DNA of 64,000 bases, from NCBI GenBank assembly GCA_965200315.1, contig OZ241362.1:1696001-1760000 (forward strand), in the 5' to 3' direction. Positions 9,182 through 19,132 of this stretch are shown piece by piece; within the stretch, counting starts at the first letter, position 1; the number at the start of each line of letters is the position of its first letter. Under the pieces are notes generated by a model. That model did not search any database. It was not told where the DNA came from and saw only the letters and a list, made by a program, of their open reading frames with translations. Position numbers and translations under genes: made by a program. This DNA comes from Candidatus Latescibacterota bacterium (GTDB lineage: Bacteria > Latescibacterota > UBA2968 > UBA8231).

Positions 9182-10036
9182 TTGAACTGGTTTGAAAAAA
9201 TGAAATCTGGGATCAAATCCCTAATAAAACGCAAAATTCCCCAAGGCCTCTGGATCAAGTGTAAAAAGTGCGGCCATTCCAACTACGAGATAGCCCTGCG
9301 ACGCTGTCACTGGATCTGCCCGGAGTGCGCTTGCCACTATCCCATCGGCCATCAGCAGTACATCGACCTCCTCATTGACGACGGTACAGTCACCGAGATT
9401 AACGCCAACGTAGCACCTGTCGATCCGCTCAAGTTCAAAGGCTATCGAGACAAAATCAAGACCAGTCGCCGCCAGAGCGGCCTAAAAGAATCGGTGTACA
9501 CTGGCATCGGCCAAATCGGCGGCCATCCGGTCGCCTTGGCGATCATGGACTCGCGTTATCTAACGGGCACGTTGGGCGGGGCGACCGGCGAGAAGCTCTG
9601 CCGCCTCATCGACCGCGCCATGGCCGAACGACGCACGCTAGTCATCGTCTGCCAGTCTGGTGGTGCTAGGATGCAGGAAAGCACCTATTCGCTGATGCAG
9701 ATGGCGCGGATTAGTGCCAAGCTCAATCAACTCTCGCAAAATGGCTTGCTCTACATCGCCATTATCACCGATCCGACCTACGGAGGAGTCACCGCCAGCT
9801 TCGCCATGCTCGGCGATATCGCCTTGGCCGAACCAGAGGCGCGCATCGGCTTTGCGGGACAAACCGTCATCCAGCAGTTCCTCGGCACGGACGCCCCCCT
9901 GCCCGAAGGCTTCCAACTAGCCGAGACCGTCCTCGAACACGGCTTTATCGACCGCATCGTCCCGCGCGACCGCATGGCGGCGGAACTGGCGCGTTTGATC
10001 GCACTTTTGGCTCCGAAGACTGCCAGCCGCGCCTAG
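9182..10036 (+). CDS. accD: Acetyl-CoA carboxylase carboxyltransferase beta subunit
   Basis: GLWIKCKKC...CPEC Zn finger, SGGARMQE, DPTYGGVTASFAMLGD, IGFAG, HGFIDRIV; TTG start after GAGGAG. Confidence 0.96.
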   Translation: MNWFEKMKSGIKSLIKRKIPQGLWIKCKKCGHSNYEIALRRCHWICPECACHYPIGHQQYIDLLIDDGTVTEINANVAPVDPLKFKGYRDKIKTSRRQSGLKESVYTGIGQIGGHPVALAIMDSRYLTGTLGGATGEKLCRLIDRAMAERRTLVIVCQSGGARMQESTYSLMQMARISAKLNQLSQNGLLYIAIITDPTYGGVTASFAMLGDIALAEPEARIGFAGQTVIQQFLGTDAPLPEGFQLAETVLEHGFIDRIVPRDRMAAELARLIALLAPKTASRA

Positions 10037-11346
10037 AAGTTGTGTCCTAGGATCAGCCAGACATCCATTTGCTCGTCGGCGACGCCCGTACCCATGCGGA
10101 TCACCAGATCCGCGTCCCAGACCATGCGTACCCCTGCGCCGCCGCTGATGTGCATGCCCGACCACCCGATCTTATCCAAGTCGGGCCAGACTCGGCCCGC
10201 ATCGAAAAAAATTACCCCCTGCCACTCTATGTACTGTCCGTAAAACCAGATGTCGTACAGTTGGCAGCGCAATTCGACATTGGACAAAAAGCGCACATCG
10301 TCTGTAAACCGCTGGGTATCAAAACCGCGCAGCGAATCGCTGCCGCCCAGCCCCTTGACCCGGCGACTGCCTCCTATTTCGCCATAAGCGTAGAGGGGTA
10401 CTTCGCCACTGAGGACCTCCAGTACGAGGCGGTGAGAGAAATTTATCCGAGGCGACAGCGGGATGTAGTAGGAGTTGGTCAGGGTTACGCGGCTAAAGTC
10501 AATTGGCTCAAAGAACAGCGCTAGCAGAGAATTGCGCGCCGACTCGTACGACCACTCCTGAAAGAAGCCGCGCCGCGGCATCACTTCGTCGTCGCGGGTA
10601 TCCCACTGGAGAGTCGCACTGATAAACCCCGAAAACCCATCGATCACTCCGTCTGGGGTCCCTCGATCTAAATAGAACGCCTGTGTCCCCCGCTGGTCCA
10701 CATCGACGCGCTCTACCCCAAAACCGACCGACATGGACATCGGACCGTATAGCTGGCGAAAAAGACTCACCAAGATCCGCGGGTTTCTTTCTAGAATGTA
10801 GTAGTAGTAGTTCTCATCCTTGAAATCAGCACTATTAGGGTTGATGAAGTCTCGATTGAATGAGCTATTGTTGCCCAACCCATAGTAGCGCGTACGTATA
10901 TTGCGCTCGCGGAACAACTCCAGTCTCAGGCCGAAACCCGTCCCCGAAATCCGCGGCACTCTCAGTCGTACGCGATTTTTTACTTTACCCTCAGAAGACT
11001 GCTGGACGTGCAACGTCAGCTTGTAGAGATAGGGCTGCCGCCGGTAGTCGGCCCAGTGGACGCGCACGCCCCAATTCCAACCCGTGTTGGGGCTGAGATA
11101 CGCGAACGGCAGGCCGGTGACGCCGTAGGGAATGCCTCGCAGGGTAAACTGGCGTCGCTTTGCCATCCAGCGCACGGCTTCCACGGTCTGTTCGGTCGCC
11201 GCCTGCGAGACTTTGGTCAGCAGCGGAGACGAGGGCCGGCTGTGGGTGGAATCGGCGCGGACCTCGCCCTCACCCCACACGCTCTCTGCGAACAATAGGA
11301 CGCCGATACAACTGCCGTTTGCGAGAAGTCGCTTAACCACAACCAC
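10033..11346 (-). CDS. Omp85/BamA-family surface-antigen beta-barrel protein
   Basis: WDTRD...P.RG, LGGSDSLRGF (Omp85 L6-like motif), FFDAGRVW and C-terminal beta-signal LGHNF. Confidence 0.8.
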   Translation of the reverse strand: MVVVKRLLANGSCIGVLLFAESVWGEGEVRADSTHSRPSSPLLTKVSQAATEQTVEAVRWMAKRRQFTLRGIPYGVTGLPFAYLSPNTGWNWGVRVHWADYRRQPYLYKLTLHVQQSSEGKVKNRVRLRVPRISGTGFGLRLELFRERNIRTRYYGLGNNSSFNRDFINPNSADFKDENYYYYILERNPRILVSLFRQLYGPMSMSVGFGVERVDVDQRGTQAFYLDRGTPDGVIDGFSGFISATLQWDTRDDEVMPRRGFFQEWSYESARNSLLALFFEPIDFSRVTLTNSYYIPLSPRINFSHRLVLEVLSGEVPLYAYGEIGGSRRVKGLGGSDSLRGFDTQRFTDDVRFLSNVELRCQLYDIWFYGQYIEWQGVIFFDAGRVWPDLDKIGWSGMHISGGAGVRMVWDADLVIRMGTGVADEQMDVWLILGHNF

Positions 11347-12187
11347 CTCGCTTCACTGCGCTTTCAGGGATAAAAATGCCGCACTCAAAGCGCTGGCGAT
11401 CAAGCGAGCTTATCGGCACATCAAGCGAATAGCGCAGCGGCGTAATAGCGATCGCACCGCGTACCAAGGCTTCCACATCGCTGTTAGCTCCATCGCCAAC
11501 CAACTGCAACTGACAGCTATGGTATGCAAAGTGCGACTCATCTTCACACCGGGCGAATAGCGGACCATAGCTCGTCTTCGCCAAACCCGTCAGGCACCTC
11601 GGGGATTCGCGCTTGGTATTAGCGGGCATGTTCACTGCGATCAGGTCGGCACCAGCCGGCAACCCCCCGCGCAAGATCTCGGCGGCGATGTCGGCAGTGA
11701 CGGCCGCCGCCGCCGCGACCAGCGCATCGAGCGCGGGATCGAGCTGCCGACATCGCCGCCAGAGCGCAAAAGCCGATTCGGGCAACTCCAGCGAAAAGGC
11801 TGCGGATGGCACCCCGGCGAGAAAGCCCTCTACAGCCGCCCCTATGGTGCCGGAACTCAGCGTGAAAGCGAGACCAGAATTGACGCCCATATTGATGCCA
11901 GAAACAACTAGCGCCGGCTTTTGGCAGCAAAGATTGTGGATGCCGATATGGGCGCAGTCGGCCGGCTTGCCGGTCAGTGTCTGAACGGGAAAGCCGCCGC
12001 ATTCAATCTCGGCCAGCACCAATGGCTCAAAGCGGCTCATACTCTTGCTGGTCCAACTACATTCCGCCGCCGGCACGACCACGCATAGCTCGGCCAACTC
12101 GGATAGCTCCCGCAGCAAAGGCACCAAAAGAGGCGAATCAGCACCGTCGTCGTTTGTCACCAATACTTGTAATTTTGCCGCGGTCAC
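11333..12187 (-). CDS. surE: 5'/3'-nucleotidase SurE
   Basis: VLVTNDDG, GKPADC, VVSGINMGVN, SGTIGAA and ITPL. Probable GTG start at 12187; ORF track extends to 12298. Confidence 0.9.
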   Translation of the reverse strand: MTAAKLQVLVTNDDGADSPLLVPLLRELSELAELCVVVPAAECSWTSKSMSRFEPLVLAEIECGGFPVQTLTGKPADCAHIGIHNLCCQKPALVVSGINMGVNSGLAFTLSSGTIGAAVEGFLAGVPSAAFSLELPESAFALWRRCRQLDPALDALVAAAAAVTADIAAEILRGGLPAGADLIAVNMPANTKRESPRCLTGLAKTSYGPLFARCEDESHFAYHSCQLQLVGDGANSDVEALVRGAIAITPLRYSLDVPISSLDRQRFECGIFIPESAVKRGGCG

Positions 12188-12304
12188 GGTTGGTTTCCCT
12201 TCGCTATGGACGCGCTCTGAGCTGGGGATATATAATAACAATCCGCCATTCGACTCCCAATAATTTCCTTGCCTAGCTGCGGCCTGCGGTTCTATCATTT
12301 CTTT

Positions 12305-12568
12305 ATGGATGCCACCATTCTCCTACAGGAACTTGAAACCGTCGCCACAGGGCTAGACATCGAGGTGCGCTACGACGACTTTGAGGGCCAAGGTGGGCTT
12401 TGCCGCTATGGCGGTAGATCCTACTTGATCGTCAATCGCGAACTCGATACCGAAGCCCGGGTGCAGGTGTTATGCCGTGCTCTTGCGCGGCTGTCTCTAG
12501 ATACAGTCTTCATCCGTCCCCAAGTACGGGAACGGATCGAGAAATGTAGATCGCAGGCCGCCGCCTAA
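12305..12568 (+). CDS. Small conserved hypothetical protein
   Basis: ATG 12305; GGLCR...IVNR.L...L..L.LD.VFI.P.VRE pattern; 87 aa with coding-like codon usage. Confidence 0.65.
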   Translation: MDATILLQELETVATGLDIEVRYDDFEGQGGLCRYGGRSYLIVNRELDTEARVQVLCRALARLSLDTVFIRPQVRERIEKCRSQAAA

Positions 12569-12661
12569 TCGCCTACACTCGCACTGCCGCGCTCCAGCAT
12601 TTAGACGGTACCGCGAATTTTTCCGACAAAATTCACCGCCTGAAGGGCGGACGGCTCTTCC

Positions 12662-12690
12662 TTGACAGCCCCTATGTCATGGTCTATTTT
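12662..12690 (+). promoter_or_regulatory. Sigma70-type promoter of the rpmI-rplT operon
   Basis: TTGACA, 17 bp, TATTTT, ending about 40 bp upstream of the rpmI ATG. Confidence 0.65.
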
Positions 12691-12728
12691 TGCCTTTTCT
12701 GCCTAAATCAAAATACCGAAGGACCATC

Positions 12729-12926
12729 ATGCCCAAAATCAAGACGCATAAATCCTCTTCCAAGCGCATTAGGCAGCGCGGATCGGGCAGCCTGAAGCGG
12801 CGCAATGCCTATGCCACGCACCTTTTGGGTGGCCGCTCGACCAAGCGCAAACGGGCTTTCCGCAAAAACAGTTCGGTCTCGTCTGCAGACCTAGCCAATG
12901 TTCGCCGTGCCCTGAACCTCAAGTAA
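12729..12926 (+). CDS. rpmI: 50S ribosomal protein L35
   Basis: MPKIKTHKSSSKR...HLL...STKRKR; ATG after GAAGGA. Confidence 0.96.
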   Translation: MPKIKTHKSSSKRIRQRGSGSLKRRNAYATHLLGGRSTKRKRAFRKNSSVSSADLANVRRALNLK

Positions 12927-12949
12927 GCGAGTTTAACGGAGAATAATTT

Positions 12950-13303
12950 ATGCCACGGGTAAGTCATGCCGTAGCCACCAAAAAGCGCAAAAAGAAGGTC
13001 CTCAAACAATCCAAGGGTTATTGGGGGGGGCGCAGCCGCCTCTTCCGCACCGCTAGGGAAGCCGTTGACCGCGCTCAAGCCTACGCCTACCGAGACCGGC
13101 GTCAGCGCAAGCGGGACTTCCGCCGTCTCTGGATTGTCCGCATCAATGCCGCCGCCCGCCGCAACGGCATGTCTTATAGCCAGCTCGTCCACGGGCTGAA
13201 CCAAGCCGGCGTTGCAATCAACCGCAAGGTATTGGCCGATCTAGCCGTGCGCGATCCGGCCGCCTTTACCGCGGTAGTCGAACAAGCCCGCCCCCACGTC
13301 TAA
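12950..13303 (+). CDS. rplT: 50S ribosomal protein L20
   Basis: MPRV...KGYWGGRSR...[26 protein letters not shown]...[10 protein letters not shown]. Confidence 0.99.
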   Translation: MPRVSHAVATKKRKKKVLKQSKGYWGGRSRLFRTAREAVDRAQAYAYRDRRQRKRDFRRLWIVRINAAARRNGMSYSQLVHGLNQAGVAINRKVLADLAVRDPAAFTAVVEQARPHV

Positions 13304-13320
13304 ATTTACACCCATCTGAC

Positions 13321-13360
13321 AAAAAGGGGCCGGCGATACGCGCTGGGCCCTTTTTATTTT
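13321..13360 (+). terminator. Intrinsic terminator-like hairpin between rplT and pheS
   Basis: AAAAAGGGGCCGGCG-ATACG-CGCTGGGCCCTTTTTATTTT. Confidence 0.7.
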
Positions 13361-13371
13361 ATTAGGTCTAT

Positions 13372-14382
13372 ATGTTAGAAGAAGTGCGACAATTGGCGTC
13401 GGTGGCCGTAGCGGAAATCGAGGCCGTCCAAGACGATAAGGCACTGGAAGCACTGCGAGTTCGCCACCTCGGGCGCAAGAGTCGGCTGCGCCAAATCGCA
13501 CGACAGATTGGCCAGCAACCCGCGGCAGATCGGCCAGCGCTAGGGGAGGCCACCGGCCGCGCCCAACAGGCCATTCAGCAAGCTCTCGACGACAAGGCCC
13601 GAGCCCTCCGGCAGTTAGATGCAACGGCTTCTTCCCTCGATGTAACACTCCCGGGCCGACGGCCTCTGTTGGGCTGTGCCCACCCCCTGTCTCAGCTAAC
13701 CGACGAATTGATCGGCATCTTTCAAGGCATGGGTTTTGACGTGGCCGACGGGCCAGAAGCCGAGGACGAGTACCACAACTTCGACGCTCTCAACACGCCG
13801 GCCGATCACCCCGCGCGCGACCTGCACGATACCTTCTATCTAGAGGGCGGTGGACTCATGCGCACTCACACCTCCACGGTGCAGATCCGCGTTATGGAGC
13901 AAACGCCGCCGCCGGTGCGGATCATCTCCTTGGGTCGCTGCTACCGCAAGGAGACAGTCGATGCAACCCACCACTTCGCCTTCCATCAGATCGAGGGTCT
14001 ATACGTCGACCGCGGGGTCTCTTTCGCCGATTTAAAGGGCACTATTGAGGCCATGGGACGCCAGCTTATGGGTGCGGCAACTCAAGTGCGCTTTCGCCCT
14101 CACTTCTTTCCCTTTACTGAGCCAAGTGTGGAATACGATTTTACCTGTACCTGCAAGGGACAACGCGCCAACTGCTCTATTTGCAAGGGAACGGGTTGGA
14201 TCGAAATCGCCGGCGCTGGCATGGTCGATCCGGCCGTCTTTGCCGCGGTGGGCTACGACCCAGACGAATACACGGGCTTCGCCTTCGGCATGGGGTTGGA
14301 GCGGATCGCCATGATCCGGCACGGCATCGACGATGTGCGGCGCTTTCTCGACAACGACTTGCGGTTCATCCGCCAGTTCTGA
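13372..14382 (+). CDS. pheS: Phenylalanine--tRNA ligase alpha subunit
   Basis: NFDALNTP.DHPARDLHDTFY, RTHTS, FHQIEGL, FFPFTEPS, GFAFGMGLERIAM. Confidence 0.99.
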   Translation: MLEEVRQLASVAVAEIEAVQDDKALEALRVRHLGRKSRLRQIARQIGQQPAADRPALGEATGRAQQAIQQALDDKARALRQLDATASSLDVTLPGRRPLLGCAHPLSQLTDELIGIFQGMGFDVADGPEAEDEYHNFDALNTPADHPARDLHDTFYLEGGGLMRTHTSTVQIRVMEQTPPPVRIISLGRCYRKETVDATHHFAFHQIEGLYVDRGVSFADLKGTIEAMGRQLMGAATQVRFRPHFFPFTEPSVEYDFTCTCKGQRANCSICKGTGWIEIAGAGMVDPAVFAAVGYDPDEYTGFAFGMGLERIAMIRHGIDDVRRFLDNDLRFIRQF

Positions 14383-14400
14383 GGTTTTCGATAACACCTT

Positions 14401-16779
14401 ATGAAAATCACCTACGATTGGCTTAAGGAATACGTGGACTTCGCTTGGGATTGGCCCGAGCTAGCCGAGCGCCTGACCATGGCGGGTTTGGCGTTCGAGG
14501 GCGTCGACGCCCTCGGTGCGCGCTACGAGGGCGTCGTCATCGGCCGCGTCAACACCTGTTGTCCACACGAAAACGCCGACCGCCTAACCGTCTGCCAAGT
14601 CGATGTGGGGACCGGAGTCAACACCATCGTCTGCGGGGCACCTAATGTCGCGGCCGGACAAACCGTAGCCGTCGCCCTACCCGGCACCACACTGCCCGGA
14701 GGCATGCAGATCAAAAAAGCCAAAATCCGCGGCGTTGCATCCGAGGGCATGCTCTGTGCCGAAGACGAACTCGGGCTGGGCGATAACCACGACAGCATTA
14801 TGGTGCTCGACAAAGCCCTCCCTGTCGGCACTCCCTTTGCTGCGGCCACTGGGCTCGGCGACGTGGTCATCAACCTCGAAGTTACGCCCAACCGCCCGGA
14901 CTGCCTGAGCCTCTTGGGCATTGCCCGCGAGGTCCACGCACTCACCGGCAATCCCCTCCGTTTTCCCAACACACAGGTGCCCGAAAGCGGACCGGCTACC
15001 GCGGAAGATATGCAGATCGACATTGAGGCTCCAGACGATTGCCCGCGCTACGTTGGCCGCATCGTGCGCGGCGTCGCGGTTGGCCCCTCGCCTCAGTGGC
15101 TCCAGCGCCGACTCCAAGCCGTGGGTCAGCGCCCGATCAACAACATCGTCGATATAACCAACTACGTGCTGCTGGAATTGGGGCATCCCCTGCACGCCTT
15201 CGACCTGCAGGCACTGGACCAGCGGCGCATCGTCGTCCGCCGGGCGCGCTCTGGAGAGACCCTAGAAACCCTCGACGGCACCGAGTGTCAACTCGACGAA
15301 GAGATGCTGGTTATTGCCGATGGGATGCGGCCCCAAGCACTAGCCGGGATCATGGGTGGGGGCCATTCCCAAGTATCGGCGAACACCACGGACATCCTGC
15401 TCGAAAGCGCGTATTTCGCACCATCGCGGGTGCGGCTAGCCCGGTCTCGACTAGGGCTTTTCACCGAGGCAGCCACGCGCTTTGAGCGCGGTGCCGATTG
15501 GGACGCCCCGGTGCGAGCCATTAACCGCACGGCCCACCTAATCGCCGAACTGACCGGCGGCGCGGTCGCCCCAACTCCTTTAGACGTGTACCCTCGCCCC
15601 GGCCAGTGCCGCCAAATCCCACTCTGCGTCGAGCGCACCAACCAGCTCTTGGCTACGGAGTTGGATTCCGCTGCCATCGTCCAGACTCTCGAACGCCTCG
15701 GCTGCCGGGTCAAATCGGGCCGATCCCTCGTGGTAACGGCCCCGAGTTTCCGCCCCGATCTGACGCGCCCGGCCGACCTCATTGAGGAAGTGGGCCGCAT
15801 CTACGGCTTCGACCGCATCGAGGGCCGCCAAAAGGCATCCGGCCCTTGGATCACACAGCGCGACCCCGAACTCACCTTTAGGCAGATCGCGCGGCAACGG
15901 CTCTTGGGCTTGGGTTTAGACGAAGTCGTCAGCAATGCGATCGTCGAATCCCGCTGGCTCGAATTAGCCGATGCCGCAGACCAAGCCGCCCGCTTGGCCA
16001 ATCCGCCGACCGAAACCCAAGACGCCTTGCGCACCACCTTGGTGCCGAGCCTATTAGACGTCGCACGTCGCAACTTCAACCAGCGGGCCGCAGGAGTGGC
16101 CCTTTTCGAGCTGGGCAAGTGCTTTGTCGCCGCGACCGAAAAGGGCGCAAGGCCCGAGGAAAACTGGCACCTCGCAGCCCTGTGGTCGGGCCGCGTTTCA
16201 GCTTCTCCCTATCAGGCCGATTCCCGCGAGGCCGATTTTTTCGATCTCAAGGGCTTGCTCGAAGCGCTAGTGGGCGAGGGGGATTTGCGCTTTACGCCCG
16301 CCGACCGCCCCGAATGCCGCTTGGGACACGCGGCCTGTATCTCCCTTGGTGGCCAGCCTCTCGGCTGGTTGGGCCAAGTTTCGGCCGACTTATGCGCGGC
16401 ATTTGATTTAGAGCGCCAAGTGCATATTTTTGAAATATCATTTACCGCGCTAGTACGCCATTGGCACGGTCGGAAACGCTCGTTTACCGCGCTTCCCAAG
16501 TTTCCGCCGATCGAGCGCGACTTGGCCATAGTCGTACGCGCAGACACTACAGCCGCCGAGCTTATCGCCACCATGCGAGATAGTGCGCCCCACCTCGTCG
16601 AATCCATCGAGGTTTTTGACCTCTATCAAGGGGATCAAATAGAAGCAGGCCACAAGAGCGTGGCGTTCGCCGTCCGTCTGCGCGACCGCGATCAGACGTT
16701 GCAGGACGCTCAGGCCGACGCGGCGATCTCCGCGATGCTCAAGCGTCTCGAAGCGCGGTTCGGCGCTTGCTTGCGCTAA
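14401..16779 (+). CDS. pheT: Phenylalanine--tRNA ligase beta subunit
   Basis: IVCGAPN, TPNRPDCLS, NNIVDITNYV, RFERG, DLIEEVGRIYG, FPPIERDLA. Confidence 0.99.
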   Translation: MKITYDWLKEYVDFAWDWPELAERLTMAGLAFEGVDALGARYEGVVIGRVNTCCPHENADRLTVCQVDVGTGVNTIVCGAPNVAAGQTVAVALPGTTLPGGMQIKKAKIRGVASEGMLCAEDELGLGDNHDSIMVLDKALPVGTPFAAATGLGDVVINLEVTPNRPDCLSLLGIAREVHALTGNPLRFPNTQVPESGPATAEDMQIDIEAPDDCPRYVGRIVRGVAVGPSPQWLQRRLQAVGQRPINNIVDITNYVLLELGHPLHAFDLQALDQRRIVVRRARSGETLETLDGTECQLDEEMLVIADGMRPQALAGIMGGGHSQVSANTTDILLESAYFAPSRVRLARSRLGLFTEAATRFERGADWDAPVRAINRTAHLIAELTGGAVAPTPLDVYPRPGQCRQIPLCVERTNQLLATELDSAAIVQTLERLGCRVKSGRSLVVTAPSFRPDLTRPADLIEEVGRIYGFDRIEGRQKASGPWITQRDPELTFRQIARQRLLGLGLDEVVSNAIVESRWLELADAADQAARLANPPTETQDALRTTLVPSLLDVARRNFNQRAAGVALFELGKCFVAATEKGARPEENWHLAALWSGRVSASPYQADSREADFFDLKGLLEALVGEGDLRFTPADRPECRLGHAACISLGGQPLGWLGQVSADLCAAFDLERQVHIFEISFTALVRHWHGRKRSFTALPKFPPIERDLAIVVRADTTAAELIATMRDSAPHLVESIEVFDLYQGDQIEAGHKSVAFAVRLRDRDQTLQDAQADAAISAMLKRLEARFGACLR

Positions 16780-16812
16780 TCCCAACCCCAATGCAGGAGT
16801 ACAGTCACCCCA

Positions 16813-17130
16813 ATGGATGTAAACGAAAAATTTGAACGCCTTGAGCACCACATCAACCGACTGACGGGAGTACTCGAAAAGCTCCGCGAGGAAAACGACG
16901 AGTTGAGTGGGCAGGTCCAGAGCCTTAAAGAAAAAAAGGACACCCAGCAGACCGAAATCCAAAGCCTTGAAGAAAAAATCCGCATCGCTAGTAGTGAGAA
17001 CGAGCAGTTCAAAAAGGATAAAGAAGCGGTGAAGGGACGCATCGAACATCTCCTCAGCCGCTTGGACGCCTTCAGCAGTGAAAACGAACAGATCGAACAG
17101 GTCAAAGCAGCCCACACAGAGAATGAATAA
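16813..17130 (+). CDS. zapB: Coiled-coil cell-division protein, ZapB-like
   Basis: Heptad coiled coil ending VKGRIEHLLSRLD; conserved position between pheT and zapA. Confidence 0.7.
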   Translation: MDVNEKFERLEHHINRLTGVLEKLREENDELSGQVQSLKEKKDTQQTEIQSLEEKIRIASSENEQFKKDKEAVKGRIEHLLSRLDAFSSENEQIEQVKAAHTENE

Positions 17131-17159
17131 GACAAAGACATCTGAGAAAGGGGTCTAGT

Positions 17160-17474
17160 ATGTCGTCCCAAGTAGTAGTCAAAATATTCGACAAGCACTA
17201 TACCCTAGGAGTCGACGAAGATCACTCTGCCGAACACGTACAAACGCTCGCCGAGATGGTGGACGAGCGCATGCATGAAATCAAGCGCGAGATCAAGGGC
17301 GTCTCCCCACTCCAAGCGGCCATCTTGGCCAGTCTAAGCTTAGTGGAGGAACTCCTCTCCCTGCGGGAGGACTACGCTTCCGCTGAAGCCGATATAGCCC
17401 AGCGAGCCTCTCAACTCGCCACCTCGCTTGGGCACTTTTTCGCCGAAGTAGAAGTTTCCCGTTCCGATAGCTGA
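17160..17474 (+). CDS. zapA: Cell-division protein ZapA
   Basis: V.IF.K.YTL...LA..VD.RM.EI...AAILA.L; pheT-zapB-zapA-rny synteny. Confidence 0.88.
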   Translation: MSSQVVVKIFDKHYTLGVDEDHSAEHVQTLAEMVDERMHEIKREIKGVSPLQAAILASLSLVEELLSLREDYASAEADIAQRASQLATSLGHFFAEVEVSRSDS

Positions 17475-17557
17475 AGTATCCCGAGCCGGATTCCACCCCG
17501 TGCTCTGGCCCGATGCCCGAAGGCGTCGAGACCGATAAGGATGAGAAAGAGATTCCC

Positions 17558-19132
17558 TTGTTTAATGGGTTTGACTACATAGTCCTAATCTGTTCTGCCT
17601 TCGCCTTTTTCGCCGGCGGCTGTCTCCTCGGCTGGCTTGGCAGTGAGCGGCTGCGCAACAGCAAACTGCACAGCACCCAAGCCACCGCCGATCAAATCGT
17701 CGCCCGCGCCCGCCAAGAAGCCGAGGTCTTGAAAAAAAATGCCTTGCTCGAAGCAAGGGACGAATGGCACCGCGAGTGGGCACCGCTGGAAAAGGAGCAA
17801 GAGACGCAGAGGCGCTCGCTACGCGATCTGGCGGCCAAGCTGCTAGAGCGCGAACAGCAACTAGAGCGCAAAATAGACCTACTCACCAGCAAGGAGCGCG
17901 AACAGCTCAAGAACGAGCAGGACCTCGACCGCCGCGAGGCGGCCATAGCTACAGCCGAGGCCCAAGCCCAAGACCTCGTCCGAGAGCAGAGTCAGCGACT
18001 GGAAGAATTGGCTGGCATCAGCCAGCAAGAAGCCCTGCGCAAACTCGTCGATCAGCTAGAGGGAGGCGCCCGCCAAGTTGCCGCCCGCAAGGTCCGCGAG
18101 ATCAAGGACACCGCGGTTGCCACGGCTAACCTAGAGGCTAGGGAAATCATCACCCGTGCCATCCAGCGTTTCGCCGGAGAACTGACCATCGAGAGCACGC
18201 TTTCGGTAGTGCCCATCCCCTTCGACGACATGAAGGGGCGGATCATTGGTCGCGACGGACGCAATATCCGCTCCTTTGAGATGATCACCGGCGTCGAAGT
18301 CATCGTCGATGATACCCCTAACATGGTCATGCTCTCGGGCTTTGATCCACTGCGCCGCGAGGTGGCCAGACACACTCTCGAAACGCTCATCCGCGACGGA
18401 CGCATCCACCCTGGGCGCATCGAGGAAGTGTATGACAAGGCCCGGAGCACCGTCGAGGATATGATCCGCGAGTCCGGCTCCAAAGCCGCCTTTGACCTCG
18501 GCATTCACGACTTATCCGAGCCGCTATTGGAAACACTGGGCAAGCTCCGCTTCCGCACCAGCTACGGACAAAACTTGTTGGTTCACAGCAAGGAAGTCGG
18601 GTTTTTGGCCGGCATGATGGCCGAGATGCTCGACCTTGATATAGTGCTGGCGCGTCGCGCTGGTCTCTTGCACGACATCGGCAAGGCACAGGATTTTGAG
18701 TTGGGCAACGACCCAGCGCAAAGCGGTGCCGTACTGGCCCGCAAGGGCGGCGAAGGCCCTGAAGTTGTGCAGATTATCGAAACCCATAGCAAGCACATGC
18801 CCTCGCGCTCAGCCCTCGCGGTACTAGTCGAAGCCGCCAACGAAATCTCCACCCACCGCCCGGGTGCCCGCAAAGAAAAAGTCGAGGAGTACATCCGCCG
18901 CTTGCACCACATTGAGGAACTGGCAGCCGACTACGTGGGCGTGAAACAGGCTTTTGCCCTGCAAAACGGCAAGGAGGTTCGGGTCTTGGTCGACAGCGGG
19001 ATGGTGGACGACACCTATGCCGAACAACTCGCCGACGACATCACCACCAAGCTCGAGCAACAACTCGAATACCCTGGGCAGTTGCGCGTCTGCATCATCC
19101 GCGAGATGCGTGCCGAGTTTCACGCACGGTGA
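17558..19132 (+). CDS. rny: Ribonuclease Y with several HD ligands substituted
   Basis: N-terminal TM helix, coiled coil, KH (MKGRIIGRDGRNIR, DDTP, DGRIHPGRIEE), RTSYGQN and LLHDIGKA; probable TTG start at 17558. Confidence 0.93.
   Translation: MFNGFDYIVLICSAFAFFAGGCLLGWLGSERLRNSKLHSTQATADQIVARARQEAEVLKKNALLEARDEWHREWAPLEKEQETQRRSLRDLAAKLLEREQQLERKIDLLTSKEREQLKNEQDLDRREAAIATAEAQAQDLVREQSQRLEELAGISQQEALRKLVDQLEGGARQVAARKVREIKDTAVATANLEAREIITRAIQRFAGELTIESTLSVVPIPFDDMKGRIIGRDGRNIRSFEMITGVEVIVDDTPNMVMLSGFDPLRREVARHTLETLIRDGRIHPGRIEEVYDKARSTVEDMIRESGSKAAFDLGIHDLSEPLLETLGKLRFRTSYGQNLLVHSKEVGFLAGMMAEMLDLDIVLARRAGLLHDIGKAQDFELGNDPAQSGAVLARKGGEGPEVVQIIETHSKHMPSRSALAVLVEAANEISTHRPGARKEKVEEYIRRLHHIEELAADYVGVKQAFALQNGKEVRVLVDSGMVDDTYAEQLADDITTKLEQQLEYPGQLRVCIIREMRAEFHAR

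Noticed and set aside
17475-17557. 6S RNA, often found downstream of zapA
   Set aside because: The gap is only about 80 bp and shows no long irregular hairpin, so it is too short for 6S.
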